This document shows positions 36,804-45,275 of a stretch of 48,365 nucleotides of DNA, one piece after another (position 1 is the first letter of the stretch; each line of letters begins with the position of its first letter). The translations under genes and the position numbers were made by a program. The notes under the pieces were generated by a model, which did no database searches, was not told the DNA's origin, and was given only the letters and a program-made list of their open reading frames with translations. This DNA is from a virus (Duplodnaviria > Caudoviricetes), in IMG/VR virus record IMGVR_UViG_3300020045_006172, positions 1-48,365 of that record. One strand, given 5' to 3'.

Positions 36804-37194
36804 ATAATGTTTTTAATATTTCTTCTTTATTTTCTATTTGTTCTTTTATATTTATATTATTTAATAAATCTTCTATTGATTCTTTAGTATTTAAATTTTT
36901 ATCATAAAATTCTTTTAAATATAAAACATTTTCTGAAGTTAATAATATAGAATCTTTATTAGCATTTGAATATTCAAGAGTGTAATTCCATCTTGGAGTA
37001 ATTGTAAGACATCTATAGTAATCTTTTAAAAAAAATGCTTCAGCAGCTTCAATACTTTCTCTTGATAAACTATAGTTAAGTTCACATAGTACTTTTAATA
37101 TATGTTGAATATTAAGTTTTTCAGCATAATTTTTATTTTTTAAGATTACTATGCAATTTTGAACTATATGGCGACATATTTCTCTATCTGTCAT
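36793..37194 (-). CDS. hypothetical protein
   Basis: 133-aa ORF overlapping both neighbours. Confidence 0.6.
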   Translation of the reverse strand: MTDREICRHIVQNCIVILKNKNYAEKLNIQHILKVLCELNYSLSRESIEAAEAFFLKDYYRCLTITPRWNYTLEYSNANKDSILLTSENVLYLKEFYDKNLNTKESIEDLLNNINIKEQIENKEEILKTLYDK

Positions 37195-37418
37195 AGTCTT
37201 TTACGATTCATTATTAAATCATTAGCTGCATATTCTAAATACATTCCAGTAATTACATTATCTTCTAATGCATATTTACTTCCAAATTCTTTCTTAATAT
37301 AATCAACTAAATCTTTCCATTTAACTCCTATATCTCTTAGTTCTATAATTCTATCTGCTAATTTTTTAGTCATAATAGTATTATAATATTCTTGATTATT
37401 TTCTGTTTGATTTTTCAT
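37191..37418 (-). CDS. hypothetical protein
   Basis: 75-aa ORF with ATGA overlaps on both sides. Confidence 0.6.
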   Translation of the reverse strand: MKNQTENNQEYYNTIMTKKLADRIIELRDIGVKWKDLVDYIKKEFGSKYALEDNVITGMYLEYAANDLIMNRKRL

Positions 37419-37660
37419 TTTCTTTTATATTTACTGCGATCAAAATATTTCTTTCCATTATACCAAAAATAATTAACAAATCTGTTAAATTCATAATCTA
37501 TAGTATAATCTGAATAATCATAGTCATTTATTATTTCTTTAGGACTAGGTATATCTTTATTTTGTTTTAAATAAAATTTACTTACTCTTCTTATAATTCT
37601 CCAATATATAGATTTAATAGCTTTATCTTTAAAAATAGCTAATTTATAACTTTTAGACAT
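37415..37660 (-). CDS. small basic hypothetical protein
   Basis: 81 aa starting 'MSKSYK...KD....YWR.IRR'; overlaps both neighbours. Confidence 0.6.
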   Translation of the reverse strand: MSKSYKLAIFKDKAIKSIYWRIIRRVSKFYLKQNKDIPSPKEIINDYDYSDYTIDYEFNRFVNYFWYNGKKYFDRSKYKRK

Positions 37661-37991
37661 TATTTATTTTTTTTAAAGCTTTATAAACATCTAATAGAGA
37701 AACATCATCTTTTCTTATTAATGATAATAATATATAAAATTCTTTGTAAGTAAGATTATAAGGTGTTCCTCCAAAATCCATAACTGTTGAACCTCTATAT
37801 AACCAATTGTCAATATCTATTAAAAAACAATTATTTTGATCATTAATTAAATGTTTTCTTATTCCTTTTATATGAGGAAAATACTTTTCTATTAAACTAG
37901 CAATTTTTACTTTTTCAGCTAATTTTAAATCAGATATATCTATTTTACATCCTTCTCTAAATATTAATTCTATTAATTCTTTATTTGTCAT
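37653..37991 (-). CDS. hypothetical protein
   Basis: 112-aa ORF co-oriented in the operon. Confidence 0.6.
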   Translation of the reverse strand: MTNKELIELIFREGCKIDISDLKLAEKVKIASLIEKYFPHIKGIRKHLINDQNNCFLIDIDNWLYRGSTVMDFGGTPYNLTYKEFYILLSLIRKDDVSLLDVYKALKKINNV

Positions 37992-38009
37992 TTATATTAT
38001 TTTAAAAAA

Positions 38010-38099
38010 TAGAGGAGAGATTGTGGTAAGATCACACTATAAGTCGATAGATTACTTATACCCACTGTTTTCTCCGATAGCACATGCTGTTCTCCTCTG
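38010..38099. ncRNA. putative structured RNA or regulatory element (multi-stem)
   Basis: GC-elevated intergenic island closed by AGAGGAGA (38011-38018) / TCTCCTCT (38091-38098), with internal hairpins TGTGGT/ATCACA, TATAAGT/ACTTATA and AGC/GCT; A/T tracts on both sides. Confidence 0.45.
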
Positions 38100-38113
38100 A
38101 TATTTTTTATTAG

Positions 38114-39772
38114 CTACCCTGCGCAATCATTACATTCAAGAATAGATTTTCTAGTAAATATTTGTGCAGCATTTTGATTTAACTGATAATACATACTTTT
38201 TAAACCTAATTCGTGAGCTTTAAGATAATAATCACTCACTTCTTTAGCAGGAGTGCCAAAAGGTATCATTGTATTAAAACTAATTCCTTGATCAATAAAT
38301 TTTTGTCTTGTAGAATTTTGTATTAATAATTCCATAGGACTAATCTCAGGAAATGTTTTAAATACATTCTTTTCTTTCTCAGATAAAAAATCTAACTGTT
38401 GAACAGATCCATTATTGTTTTTAATATTTTCCCATACTTCTTCTGTATTTTTATCTTTTTCAATTAGTAGCTTTTCAAGAAAATAATTCTTTTGAGCATG
38501 TTTAGATTTAGCTAATGCTTTAATAAAATAATTACTATAAACAGGTTCAATACTTTGTGACCATTGACCTACAATTTCACTACTTGAAGTATTAGGTGCA
38601 ATAGCATTTAGTGTAGTATGTCTTCTAGTATATTTATCATCCTTTAATAGAGGTGCTTTTCCGTACTCCAGAGCCATTTTTTCTGATGAAGCATAACTTT
38701 GTTCTTTAAGTAATTTAAAGATCTCTGTATTCTTAAATTTAGCTTCTAAACTTTCTATTGGAATCATATTTCTTTGTAAATAAGAATGAAAACCTGATGC
38801 ACCTATACCAATAGCCATTTGATTTCTTGCAAAATTTACTGCTCTTTGCATAAGTACATTATTCTTATTCTTTTCTATAAAATCTAATAAAAAACAATCA
38901 AGTAAATTTAATAATATTTCTACTGCATCTGTATCTTTCCATTCATCAAAATGTACTAAATTCATTGCTCCAATACAACATACAAAAGTTTCTATATGTG
39001 AATTACTTAGCATTATTTCAGTACATAAATTAGAATTATTTATATTATAATCTAATTCTTTATATATATCTGGTTTACTATTATTCACATTATCTTTAAA
39101 AAGAATATATGGAAATCCTGTTTCAAATTTCTTCTTAATTATTTTTGCCCATATATCTCTTTTATCTTTATCTCCTTCTTTTAATGAAGATATCCATTCA
39201 TCTCCTATTACAACAGCAAAAGGTACTTCATGAATTTCACTTGTTCTATCTTTAATAGTAAGATATTTATGTATATCAGGATGATCAACATTTAAATACA
39301 CAGCTACCTTCCCTCTTCTGCTTCTTTGACTTATCCAACTTGTAGTATCTTGAAGTCTTTTAACATATTTCATTATGCCATCAGCAAAACCTCCTCCTGT
39401 AATTGGAGAACCTTCTTTTCTAATAGCAGATAATGATACTGATGTACCTCCTCCTGATTTAGACAACATACCTATTTCAGCATCTGTTAACAATAATCCT
39501 TCTACAGAATCTTCTGCATAACTTCCAAAGCATGATATAGCTGATTCTTTAGGATGTAAAAAATTAGTTATACCTGGAGTAGGTAAAAGGTAATAACCTT
39601 TTGCAAGATAATTCATAAACTTATCAGAATATCCTGGTTTATTAAGCATCTTTTCTGCTTTATCTCCTATTTGTTTAAAGTGATCTTTAATATCACCTGT
39701 AATATATCCATTTTCTAAAAAGGCTATACTTTGTTTATTTAACCAATACCAATCTTTAAATTCTTCTTCCAT
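38114..39772 (-). CDS. nrdA: ribonucleotide reductase class I alpha subunit (short, no ATP cone; class Id-like)
   Basis: 'ISCF', catalytic 'SNLCTEI', 'AIAPNTSS', 'FIDQGIS', 'SMYY' and C-terminal CxxC (CNDC); 552 aa. Confidence 0.93.
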   Translation of the reverse strand: MEEEFKDWYWLNKQSIAFLENGYITGDIKDHFKQIGDKAEKMLNKPGYSDKFMNYLAKGYYLLPTPGITNFLHPKESAISCFGSYAEDSVEGLLLTDAEIGMLSKSGGGTSVSLSAIRKEGSPITGGGFADGIMKYVKRLQDTTSWISQRSRRGKVAVYLNVDHPDIHKYLTIKDRTSEIHEVPFAVVIGDEWISSLKEGDKDKRDIWAKIIKKKFETGFPYILFKDNVNNSKPDIYKELDYNINNSNLCTEIMLSNSHIETFVCCIGAMNLVHFDEWKDTDAVEILLNLLDCFLLDFIEKNKNNVLMQRAVNFARNQMAIGIGASGFHSYLQRNMIPIESLEAKFKNTEIFKLLKEQSYASSEKMALEYGKAPLLKDDKYTRRHTTLNAIAPNTSSSEIVGQWSQSIEPVYSNYFIKALAKSKHAQKNYFLEKLLIEKDKNTEEVWENIKNNNGSVQQLDFLSEKEKNVFKTFPEISPMELLIQNSTRQKFIDQGISFNTMIPFGTPAKEVSDYYLKAHELGLKSMYYQLNQNAAQIFTRKSILECNDCAG

Positions 39773-41794
39773 TAAAATAATGATTCTGCTGAAATATCTT
39801 GTTGTCCAATTGTATAATTGGGAGATTGCAAATCGAAAAAATCGACTCTTACATCTAATACTCTTTCTTCTTCAAACCATTTAGCTGATTCTCCAAGTTT
39901 ATTTTTATCTATTGTAAACATATCTTCTAATCCAATAGCATTTACAGCTTTATTAAATCTATCCTGAAGAAATATAACTACTTCTTCTTTAGAAAGAAAA
40001 TCTAATTCGTCTTCTTGAAATATCCAGTCTATAATTTTTAACTCAGATTCATATGCTTTTTTACATGCTCTTCTTATTTTGTTATAAAATTCTTCATTAA
40101 ACCATTCTGGATATTCTTTTTTAATTATATTAATTAATTCTACTCCAAATTGAAAATGTACATCTTCCTCTTTAGCAGTAGCCATTACTATATTATCTAC
40201 TGTTTTAAGTAATTGTTTTTTTTGACAAAAAGACTTAACAATATAAAATTGAGAAAATAAAGAACAAGATTCTATAAAAGCAGAAAATAATAATAAATTT
40301 AATGCATAATTTTCTTTACTATTTTCAGTAGCTCCTTTTATATATTTAGTTAAATAATCTATTCTTCCACTAATTATAGGATCTTTAATTATTTTAGAAA
40401 ATTCGTCTTCTAATCCTAGTTTAGTAAGTAATTCACTATCCTATTGTTCTATTAAGTTCGTTAATCTTAATACGTTCTCTTATGAACTGCTATATATCCC
40501 TATATAGAGCAGACTATATCATCATCCTTAACTTAATATTAGGATGCTTTGCGCTTCCACTCACTTGAGTGTACTTCCTTTCGGAATAGTCGTTACACCT
40601 TCCATATAATATGGCTTGGCTCGGTATTATCTGTTCTAGACTTTCACCGAATTCACAAAGTTTTCTATAATAATTACTTATTATAGGCACTTATAATATT
40701 CTTCATATAATTTCCACACTGGAATCCAAATCTGTTTACATTTTATTCTATTCAAATCAGATATAGTTAAAGCATTATACTTTATATTTATATCTTTTAA
40801 ATCAATATTATTATTTATTAATTTAATTATTTCAATTTTAATATTTGAAGAATAACTATGTTTTGAAAAATTTTTTAAAGAAGGAATTGATTTAGTAAAA
40901 TGGTTAACAAATAAATGTTTCCAAGTTTTACCTTTTCTTATCTGATTTAAAGTAGTTCTTTTTAAATTAGGATAATCTATTAATATATCTCTATTAGATT
41001 TAAATTCTTTTATTAATTTATAAATATCTAAAACTTCTATTTCAGATAATAGAGATTGACCATGATCCTCTCCTTTTAAAGAATGCCATTTATTATTTTT
41101 ATTTCTAGTAATAATCATTCTTTTTAAACTTTCTTTAGTATTACTAGTTTTATTACCACCTTCTTGTAAATTATATAATTTATAATTTAAAGATTTATAA
41201 TAACTTATATAATCTATTTCTCCTTTTAACATTTCTTCTTCTGTATTATAATTTTTTAATAATACAATATTAAATTTTTCATTCTTTAAACTTCTTTTGC
41301 ATTTTGCTAAATAACACATATTATTTTTTTTTGGACAATTGTGTTGACTTAACCTTTTATTTAAAAGTTGTTTAGTATAACCTATATAACAAATTTGATT
41401 TGTCTTAGGATGTATTAATCCGTAAACTTTATATTTATTTTCCATAATACAAATATATGAAAAAATATTACATTGTTAATGCTTCTTGATGAATAACTTC
41501 ATTCATAGCAAAAGTATAACCTACCATATATATTTCAGGTTTAGGTAAATTATCTCCTACTTTACCCCAAAATGTTTTAACATTTACTTCTATTTGACTA
41601 ATAGCTAATAGAGATCTTTTCATTATATTTTTTTCTGCTTCAGATAGAACATTGTGATACTCATTAACATCTCGATCTAATCGTTCTTTGAATTCATCAA
41701 TGAACCACAATGTTCCTCTAATAGCATTCATATAAGAAAGTAAATGCGGATATTCGTAAGGCTTAACTGCCACACGTTTATCAAATATACTCAT
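39772..41794 (-). CDS. nrdB: ribonucleotide reductase class I beta subunit, split by a group I intron (exon 1 41794-41479, exon 2 40439-39772; 327 aa spliced)
   Basis: Joining ...GAA GCA T | AT AGT GAA... restores 'NEVIHQEAYSELL' and keeps frame through 'FIESCSLFSQF' and 'KEEDVH'. Exon lengths 316+668=984 nt. The N-terminus 'MSIFDKR..KPYEYP...LLAISQIEVNVK' resembles Flavobacterium class Id NrdB as I recall it. Confidence 0.92.
40681..41445 (-). CDS. intron-encoded GIY-YIG homing endonuclease
   Basis: 'KVYGL......ICYIGYT...KRL..H...E...YN..EGG' motif; C-terminal repeats such as 'GEDHGQSLLSE.EV..I...LNQIRKGKTWKH'. Confidence 0.85.
   Translation of the reverse strand: MENKYKVYGLIHPKTNQICYIGYTKQLLNKRLSQHNCPKKNNMCYLAKCKRSLKNEKFNIVLLKNYNTEEEMLKGEIDYISYYKSLNYKLYNLQEGGNKTSNTKESLKRMIITRNKNNKWHSLKGEDHGQSLLSEIEVLDIYKLIKEFKSNRDILIDYPNLKRTTLNQIRKGKTWKHLFVNHFTKSIPSLKNFSKHSYSSNIKIEIIKLINNNIDLKDINIKYNALTISDLNRIKCKQIWIPVWKLYEEYYKCL
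41450..41457 (-). promoter_or_regulatory. TAnnTTTG (-7) promoter element for the intron endonuclease
   Basis: TATATTTG ends 4 nt upstream of ATG 41445. No clear -33 TTTG is present. Confidence 0.45.
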
Positions 41795-43975
41795 TTATTT
41801 AATTTTATCAATTATTTTATAGCATTCAGCTATATAATATTGTTTATCTATATTATTAATTATAGATTCATCATATTCATCTTCTAATATATTTAATACT
41901 TGACATTTAAATCCTACTTCAAGATTACTTTCTCTATCATTAGCATCAACTTTAACATCATCTATTATATCAAATATATTCATCTGATTCATATCAAACT
42001 GTAATTTATACTTATCAGTTTCTGTAAGTTTATTCTTTTCTAAAGCAGGTAATTTTTTTATTAAATCTACACCTTCTTTAGCAACTATATATCTATTAGT
42101 TTTAGATAATTCTGTATCGTGAAAATAATTACTTCTGTCTAAAGCAATTCTAAACGCTGTTTCAAAATTAACAGCAGTATTACCTTCAAGATGAGGAAGT
42201 TTATAAGTATTATTATAATATGGTTCATAACCATAATTTTTAATTATTCTTGCTTTTTCAAAAATATCCTCATCTTTCACAGTTTTATATTGTTCTCTAG
42301 AATATAATTTATTAGTACCTTTCATCTTAGAACCTATACAAAAATCAAATAATCCATAAGCTTGATAATTATCTTTATCTTCTTCTATATTAGTATTTGC
42401 TTTTTTATCCATTGGAATATTATACTCTACTAAATTAAAATGATTACCAATGGTATCTTCTGGTTTTATATTATTTAAATAATAATTAGCAAGAGCTAAA
42501 GATATAATTCTTTTACTATGATTCTTATGAAAATCTCTATTTATTTCAAAAGCACCTTTATATTTAACAGTTTTATTATCTATAACATTTATATAATTAT
42601 TAACATCTCGAATTATAATTTTTTTACATTGTTGAGTTTCTAAAGGTATATTAACAATATCTTCTATTTCTTTACAAGCTTTATTTAAATTATCTATATC
42701 ACTTCTATGTACTTTAAACATTGCACCATCTGTATTTTCAAATATAATCATAGGTTCAAATTGACAATATTCAAATATTCTTTCTGTTAATAATGATAAT
42801 ATTAATTGACCATTTACACATATTTTTAACTGCCATTCAGGATCATATAAAAAACTATATTTGTCTTTACTAAGACCATAAGATATATTAAGTAAAATTT
42901 TTAGTACATAATTTCTAACATCTGTTTTACTATATAATTTTCTATCTTTATAAAATCCTTCATAAGTTTTATTAAATATTTTCTCAGGTATATGAGCTGG
43001 ATGTAATTGATTTTTAAATGTTAGATGAGGATAAAAACTCGCATAATCTACATCTATTAAGATATATTCATCATCACTTTCATATACTCCAGATTTTCCA
43101 AAACTATGTAAACCACCCTCTGCATATTCTCTAATTACATTTTTATATCTAACTTGAAAAGATATACTTTCAGCAGCTTTCTCTAAATCTTCATTATAAT
43201 ACCAAATTCTTTTTTTAAATTCTTCTAAAGAAGACTGATTAATAGGATCTTTAAATTTGATATAATCAAAAATAATATCTTTTAATTTTATTTCTTTTCT
43301 ATAGGTTCTAAGTTTTTTAATATCCCATTGAGATATACCTAATTCTTTAGATAATACTTTGCTAAATATTTCTCTTGCTAAATTACCTTCAGAAGAATTA
43401 AGAAAATTATAACCTTCTAATTTAGAATACTCTTTTCTTAAAGTTAACTGTTTTAAAGATTTATAAAAAAAAGCTTCTGTAGCATTTAAATCATTTTCAC
43501 AATATAAGATTACTTCATCTTTCTGATCATCGTTTAAATAACTTCCTACAGCATATGGGAGGTCTTGTATATTCCTCATACGAAGAGCAAACTCTAACCA
43601 TTTAAGACTAGTAGCTTTATTCTTATTATCATAATGCCATACTTTATATAAATCAATATAAGGTACTTTAACTTCTCTATCTTTAATAGAAGAATACTTA
43701 GTAGCTACTACTTTTTTAACTACTTCATATATTTCTTCAGAAGATTTTATTTTATCATCTTTTAAAATAGTAGAATGTAATATAGGATAATCAAAACCAT
43801 CCCAATTATATCCAATTATATATTTTATTTTTTTATTTAATAAAAATTCTCTTAATTGTATATATTGATTTTTTCTATTACTTATTTCAAAATGAGTAAT
43901 TATTTTAGTATCAATATCTTTAAAAGATGCTAAAAAAAAGGTAGGGAACGTTTCTAAATCTCCTACATATATCAT
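41795..43975 (-). CDS. polB: family B DNA polymerase with 3'-5' exonuclease
   Basis: Exo I 'GDLET', Exo II 'GYNWDGFD', Exo III 'YCENDL'; polymerase motifs A 'DVDYASFYP', B 'KILLNISYG', C 'NTDG'. Confidence 0.92.
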   Translation of the reverse strand: MIYVGDLETFPTFFLASFKDIDTKIITHFEISNRKNQYIQLREFLLNKKIKYIIGYNWDGFDYPILHSTILKDDKIKSSEEIYEVVKKVVATKYSSIKDREVKVPYIDLYKVWHYDNKNKATSLKWLEFALRMRNIQDLPYAVGSYLNDDQKDEVILYCENDLNATEAFFYKSLKQLTLRKEYSKLEGYNFLNSSEGNLAREIFSKVLSKELGISQWDIKKLRTYRKEIKLKDIIFDYIKFKDPINQSSLEEFKKRIWYYNEDLEKAAESISFQVRYKNVIREYAEGGLHSFGKSGVYESDDEYILIDVDYASFYPHLTFKNQLHPAHIPEKIFNKTYEGFYKDRKLYSKTDVRNYVLKILLNISYGLSKDKYSFLYDPEWQLKICVNGQLILSLLTERIFEYCQFEPMIIFENTDGAMFKVHRSDIDNLNKACKEIEDIVNIPLETQQCKKIIIRDVNNYINVIDNKTVKYKGAFEINRDFHKNHSKRIISLALANYYLNNIKPEDTIGNHFNLVEYNIPMDKKANTNIEEDKDNYQAYGLFDFCIGSKMKGTNKLYSREQYKTVKDEDIFEKARIIKNYGYEPYYNNTYKLPHLEGNTAVNFETAFRIALDRSNYFHDTELSKTNRYIVAKEGVDLIKKLPALEKNKLTETDKYKLQFDMNQMNIFDIIDDVKVDANDRESNLEVGFKCQVLNILEDEYDESIINNIDKQYYIAECYKIIDKIK

Positions 43976-44268
43976 TAAACTAATTTAATAAGTTCTTGAT
44001 TATTGTTATACAAGTATTGAATGTCAAAATAATTGTCTAATATATTATTTATATTATCTAAATCTAAAATAGCATGATTAATTTCTTGAGAAATAGGATG
44101 TATAAATCCTTTAATAGCTCTTATAAATAATCTTTGAAAATCATTTTGATTTAATACTTGACTATTACTTGTATGATTTAAATAAAAATAATACGCAGGA
44201 AGAATTGGTATCTCCCCACGTATTATATTATCTACATAAACCTGTCTAATTTGATTGAACTGGCTCAT
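43975..44268 (-). CDS. hypothetical protein
   Basis: 97 aa, TAATG-coupled to polB. Confidence 0.6.
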   Translation of the reverse strand: MSQFNQIRQVYVDNIIRGEIPILPAYYFYLNHTSNSQVLNQNDFQRLFIRAIKGFIHPISQEINHAILDLDNINNILDNYFDIQYLYNNNQELIKLV

Positions 44269-44449
44269 TTAATTGTTTTTGTTGTTGAGTATTTCTAATA
44301 ATTAAATCATCAATATCTTGCATTGAAATAGTAGAACCTTTAATATCTACCAATTCACTTAATTCTAATAATACTTTTCCTGTTACTAAATCAATAGGTA
44401 TTCCTACTGCATTTGCACATCTTGTAAATATAACTTGTTTTTCTTCCAT
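44246..44449 (-). CDS. hypothetical protein
   Basis: 67 aa, TAATG-coupled to the MazG-like gene. Confidence 0.55.
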   Translation of the reverse strand: MEEKQVIFTRCANAVGIPIDLVTGKVLLELSELVDIKGSTISMQDIDDLIIRNTQQQKQLNEPVQSN

Positions 44450-44805
44450 TATTTATTTTCTAATATTTGACGTTCTTTAATTAAATCTCTAGTTATAGCA
44501 TTTTCATTAGTAAACTTTTCAGGATATCTAGCTTCTAATTTTTTAATATTAGTTTCTAAAATATCTCTTAAATCCCAACCATTAATATTACACATATTAG
44601 CAATATACCAAACAAGATCTCCTAATTCTTCTTTTATATTTATCCAATCTATTTCTTTCTTATAGGCTAGATTTTTTTTAAATACATCTGATAACTCAGC
44701 AGATTCAGTTTGCATTCCTAAAACCATATGTATATTATCTTCTAAAGAAGAATCTAATTGTGCTAATGTTCTAGATGCTTTTTCTTGATATTCTTTTATA
44801 TCCAT
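44449..44805 (-). CDS. MazG-like nucleotide pyrophosphohydrolase
   Basis: 'YQ..A.RT...LGM..E..E..D..KK...KEELGDL.WY...N..KL..RYP'. Confidence 0.88.
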   Translation of the reverse strand: MDIKEYQEKASRTLAQLDSSLEDNIHMVLGMQTESAELSDVFKKNLAYKKEIDWINIKEELGDLVWYIANMCNINGWDLRDILETNIKKLEARYPEKFTNENAITRDLIKERQILENK

Positions 44806-44990
44806 TAAATCAAATCCATTATAAAATTTTCTCTTTTTTGTTTAGCTTCTTCTAGAGTAGCAAATGTACCAACATGAAATTTATGTTGAAGACCTTCTCT
44901 ATTTTTAGGAAATCTAACACAAGCTTCAAATTTACCACTTCTTTTTCTTTCTGATATACCTTTCATAGAGGTATTAGTTTTTGTTCTCAT
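44805..44990 (-). CDS. stand-alone AP2-like DNA-binding protein
   Basis: 'KGIS.RKRSGKF.A.V......HVGTF.T.EEA...R' matches the AP2/ERF-like domain pattern. Confidence 0.65.
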   Translation of the reverse strand: MRTKTNTSMKGISERKRSGKFEACVRFPKNREGLQHKFHVGTFATLEEAKQKRENFIMDLI

Positions 44991-45002
44991 ATTATTTATT
45001 TA

Positions 45003-45275
45003 TTAAATTTCTATTTGAGCTAAATTGTAAGTTATAGGATTATCTCTGAACTTACCTGTATAAATTCTACTTTCAACTGTAATTAATTTTCTTTTTAATT
45101 CTTCAGTAGTATATAGAACTAAATTTTTATCATTTAATTTAATTAAAATCCTCTTATTTCCTTCAATTACATCTTGCATAATATAAGTAGGAATTTTAAC
45201 TATTTTATCATTAAAAAGGCTTTTTGTATTATATATTACAAAATCAGTCCTTATCAATATATTCTTCTTTTTCAT
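45003..45275 (-). CDS. hypothetical protein
   Basis: 90-aa ORF co-oriented in the operon. Confidence 0.55.
   Translation of the reverse strand: MKKKNILIRTDFVIYNTKSLFNDKIVKIPTYIMQDVIEGNKRILIKLNDKNLVLYTTEELKRKLITVESRIYTGKFRDNPITYNLAQIEI

Larger units (their letters stand above)
40440..41478 (-). mobile_element. group I self-splicing intron (IA2-like, 1039 nt) with homing endonuclease ORF
   Basis: 5' exon ends in U and the intron ends in G. Core elements: P AATTCGGTGAAA (40653-40642), Q AATACCGAGC (40628-40619), R GTAACGACTA (40596-40587), S GATATAGTCT (40520-40511). Helices: P3 CTTTGTG/CGCAAAG, P7 GACTA/TAGTC, P7.1 TTCC-GAAA-GGAA, P7.2 CACTC/GAGTG, P8 CATCCT/AGGATG, P9 CTATATA-GGGA-TATATAG. 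Confidence 0.93.

Noticed and set aside
38010-38099. tRNA, hammerhead ribozyme or known riboswitch
   Set aside because: No TTCG T-loop, no 7-nt anticodon loop or CCA end, no CUGANGA/GAAA core, and no aptamer consensus I recognise. Kept only as an unclassified structure.
39772-41794. nrdB as a pseudogene or two separate genes (108 aa and 137 aa)
   Set aside because: A full group I intron core with canonical U| and G| boundaries restores one 327-aa frame.
17531-43975. Inteins in vRNAP, NrdA or PolB
   Set aside because: No C/S...HN-C/S/T splice junction pairs or LAGLIDADG blocks seen, and catalytic motif spacing looks uninterrupted.
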